Positions 62,331 to 64,000 of a stretch of 64,000 nucleotides of DNA are shown here, in pieces; within the stretch, counting starts at the first letter, position 1; each line of letters begins with the position of its first letter. The stretch covers positions 240,684,001 through 240,748,000 of the forward strand of contig OZ024740.1 in NCBI GenBank assembly GCA_964016885.1, written 5' to 3'. The position numbers were made by a program, and so were the translations under genes. Source of the DNA: Eledone cirrhosa. Taxonomy: Eukaryota. The notes beneath the pieces are model-generated. The model was not told the origin of the DNA. It saw only the letters and a program-made list of their open reading frames with translations, and did no database searches.

Positions 62331-62500
62331 AGGCCAGCAATTATTCTAGTGTATTACTGGTGCTTTATTTTATCAACTCTGTCAGGGTGAAAAGCAAAGT
62401 TAACCTCGGTGTGATTTGAACTCAGATCGGAAAGGGCTGCAACTCTATGCTGCAAAGCCTGGTGTCTGATGTTCTACCGAAACTGCCAATCCACTGCCCC
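62331..62500 (-). mobile_element. SINE family A
   Basis: Reverse complement of the family A consensus. Confidence 0.83.
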
Positions 62501-62716
62501 TATTGTTCATATAACGAGTTGAACAATTCTTGCAAATTCTGAGAGAATGAAATATGATACAGTATGGGGGATGAAAGGAGGGAGGCAAGTATATTAGGTG
62601 GATTTTTGGTGAAGGCGGTATGTAACCAACTAACTTTGTCAGGTGGAAGCTATTGTAGTAGCTTGAAATATTGAAATACTTTCAAACTTTGATGTGTTCT
62701 TACTCATTTATTTTAG

Positions 62717-62782
62717 GTTCATCCACGCACAACAGTTGATGATCAAGATGAATTGTCTTCATTACTTCAGGTACCCTTAGTG
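62717..62782 (+). CDS. EIF6: eIF6 exon 5; gene continues beyond right edge
   Basis: VHPRTTVDDQDELSSLLQVPLV; tag/gtgagt bounded. The next expected exon (AGTVNRGS) was not found in the window. Confidence 0.95.
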
Positions 62783-63089
62783 GTGAGTATGAGCTTTTTG
62801 TTATTTTGTTGCTGTTCTTCTTTGTCCACTTATTCCAGGTAGGGTTGTGGGAGCAAAGTCCTCAGGCACACTTTCCAAGGGGTCCTATCAGAAGCAATAA
62901 TCTCCAAATGATGTAGCTAGATCCCTAAGCAAGACCAATTGAGCTGCAAAATCTGTCTAGCAATTCTTTCCTTAGACATTCTAATCCCATATCCATAGGA
63001 GCAGAGCTGTGATTTCTTGATTCGGAGAATTAGTACTTCCTCAATTCCCAGCTACGCACACTATCAACTAACATTATTTTAAAGATACT

Positions 63090-63277
63090 GCGGTGGATTG
63101 GCAGTATCAGTAGAGGGTCGGACGCCGTGCTTTCCAGCACAGTTACGTCCCTTTACGATCTGAGTTCAAATCCCGTCGAGGTTGACTTTGCCTTTCATCC
63201 TTAAGGGGTCGATAAAATAAAGTACCAGTAATGCATTGGGTAATTGCTGGCCTTGTGCCTAAAGTAGAAACAATTAT
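63090..63277 (+). mobile_element. SINE family A with ~13-bp TSD, inserted in an older LINE remnant (~62820-63400)
   Basis: ATTATTTTAAAGA on both sides; host sequence resembles 30125-30610. Confidence 0.85.
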
Positions 63278-64000
63278 TTTAAAGACCCTTTGTAGGAACC
63301 CCATATTGTCCACTTTTATTCACAGTTGTAAGTCTTTTGGTTATTACCATAGGTAAAGGTAGACATGAACACTGAATTGAAGATGAGTTTAGCTCTGTAA
63401 TTTTGTTAGTTTTTTTTAATTGTCTAAATTGTAGTTGGATTGACTAAAGCAAGGGCATGTTATATATGTATATATATAACGTATATATATATTTAAGTAA
63501 TTTTAAAAACCATACAATGCATTAGAAAATTAAAGGTGCCAAGATAACGATAGAATTTTACCATAGCAAACTTAATTATTCCAAATATTTTTGAGTTTAA
63601 AAACCCATTATCAAGGGAGTATCACTATGAAGGTCTTAAAAGACCAGTCAGAGATAAAAGCAAACAACATAGTACATTGAAGAAATATATTAATTTTATG
63701 CTTGATATACTAGGAAAAGAGTCTTAACATTGTTGTATAAGAATATCAGTTAGTCTTGTTTTAAAAGGCGTTGATTGAAGGCATCTAGCTGAAAAGGAAA
63801 AAAAAAAATCATTTTGTATAATGAGCGTGTACATGTGTTTGTTGTTTGTCTGTACAAAGCTATGAGGATATGTGTGTGTATATATAGGTTTAAGAGATTG
63901 TGTGTGTGTGTTTTGTTATATATATACATATATATATGGCATTCGTCGATCTCGAGAAGGCCTTTGAAAGAGTTCTCCGTGCTGTAATCTCGTGGGCTCT

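Overview
AT-rich, intron-rich animal genomic DNA. The repeat complement (RTE LINEs with (ATG)n tails, Nin/Deu-domain tRNA SINEs, small Helitrons) suggests a mollusc, most likely an octopus-like cephalopod (inference). Three spliced genes could be rebuilt by hand. (1) The 5' part of ERCC6/CSB on the - strand: 9 coding exons from 13203 down to 987, running off the left edge. (2) A complete FASTKD3-like RAP-domain gene on the + strand: 6 coding exons, 27865-42973, about 644 aa. (3) The first 5 coding exons of eIF6 on the + strand, 47654-62782, continuing off the right edge. Introns and intergenic DNA are packed with transposons: a nearly intact RTE LINE with a PHD finger inside its RT, a nested RTE cluster, two CR1-group LINE copies, Helitrons, TTAA/TA/hAT MITEs, a probable solo LTR and many SINEs. 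I see no unambiguous new multi-gene system. The most interesting signals are Penelope-type minimal hammerhead ribozymes, the PHD-in-RT RTE families, a chimeric SINE that has swapped LINE tails, a long intronic inverted repeat upstream of eIF6 exon 2, a minisatellite born from a hAT MITE end, and a templated-insertion repair scar. All coordinates were read by eye. Splice boundaries were frame-checked; repeat boundaries are approximate.
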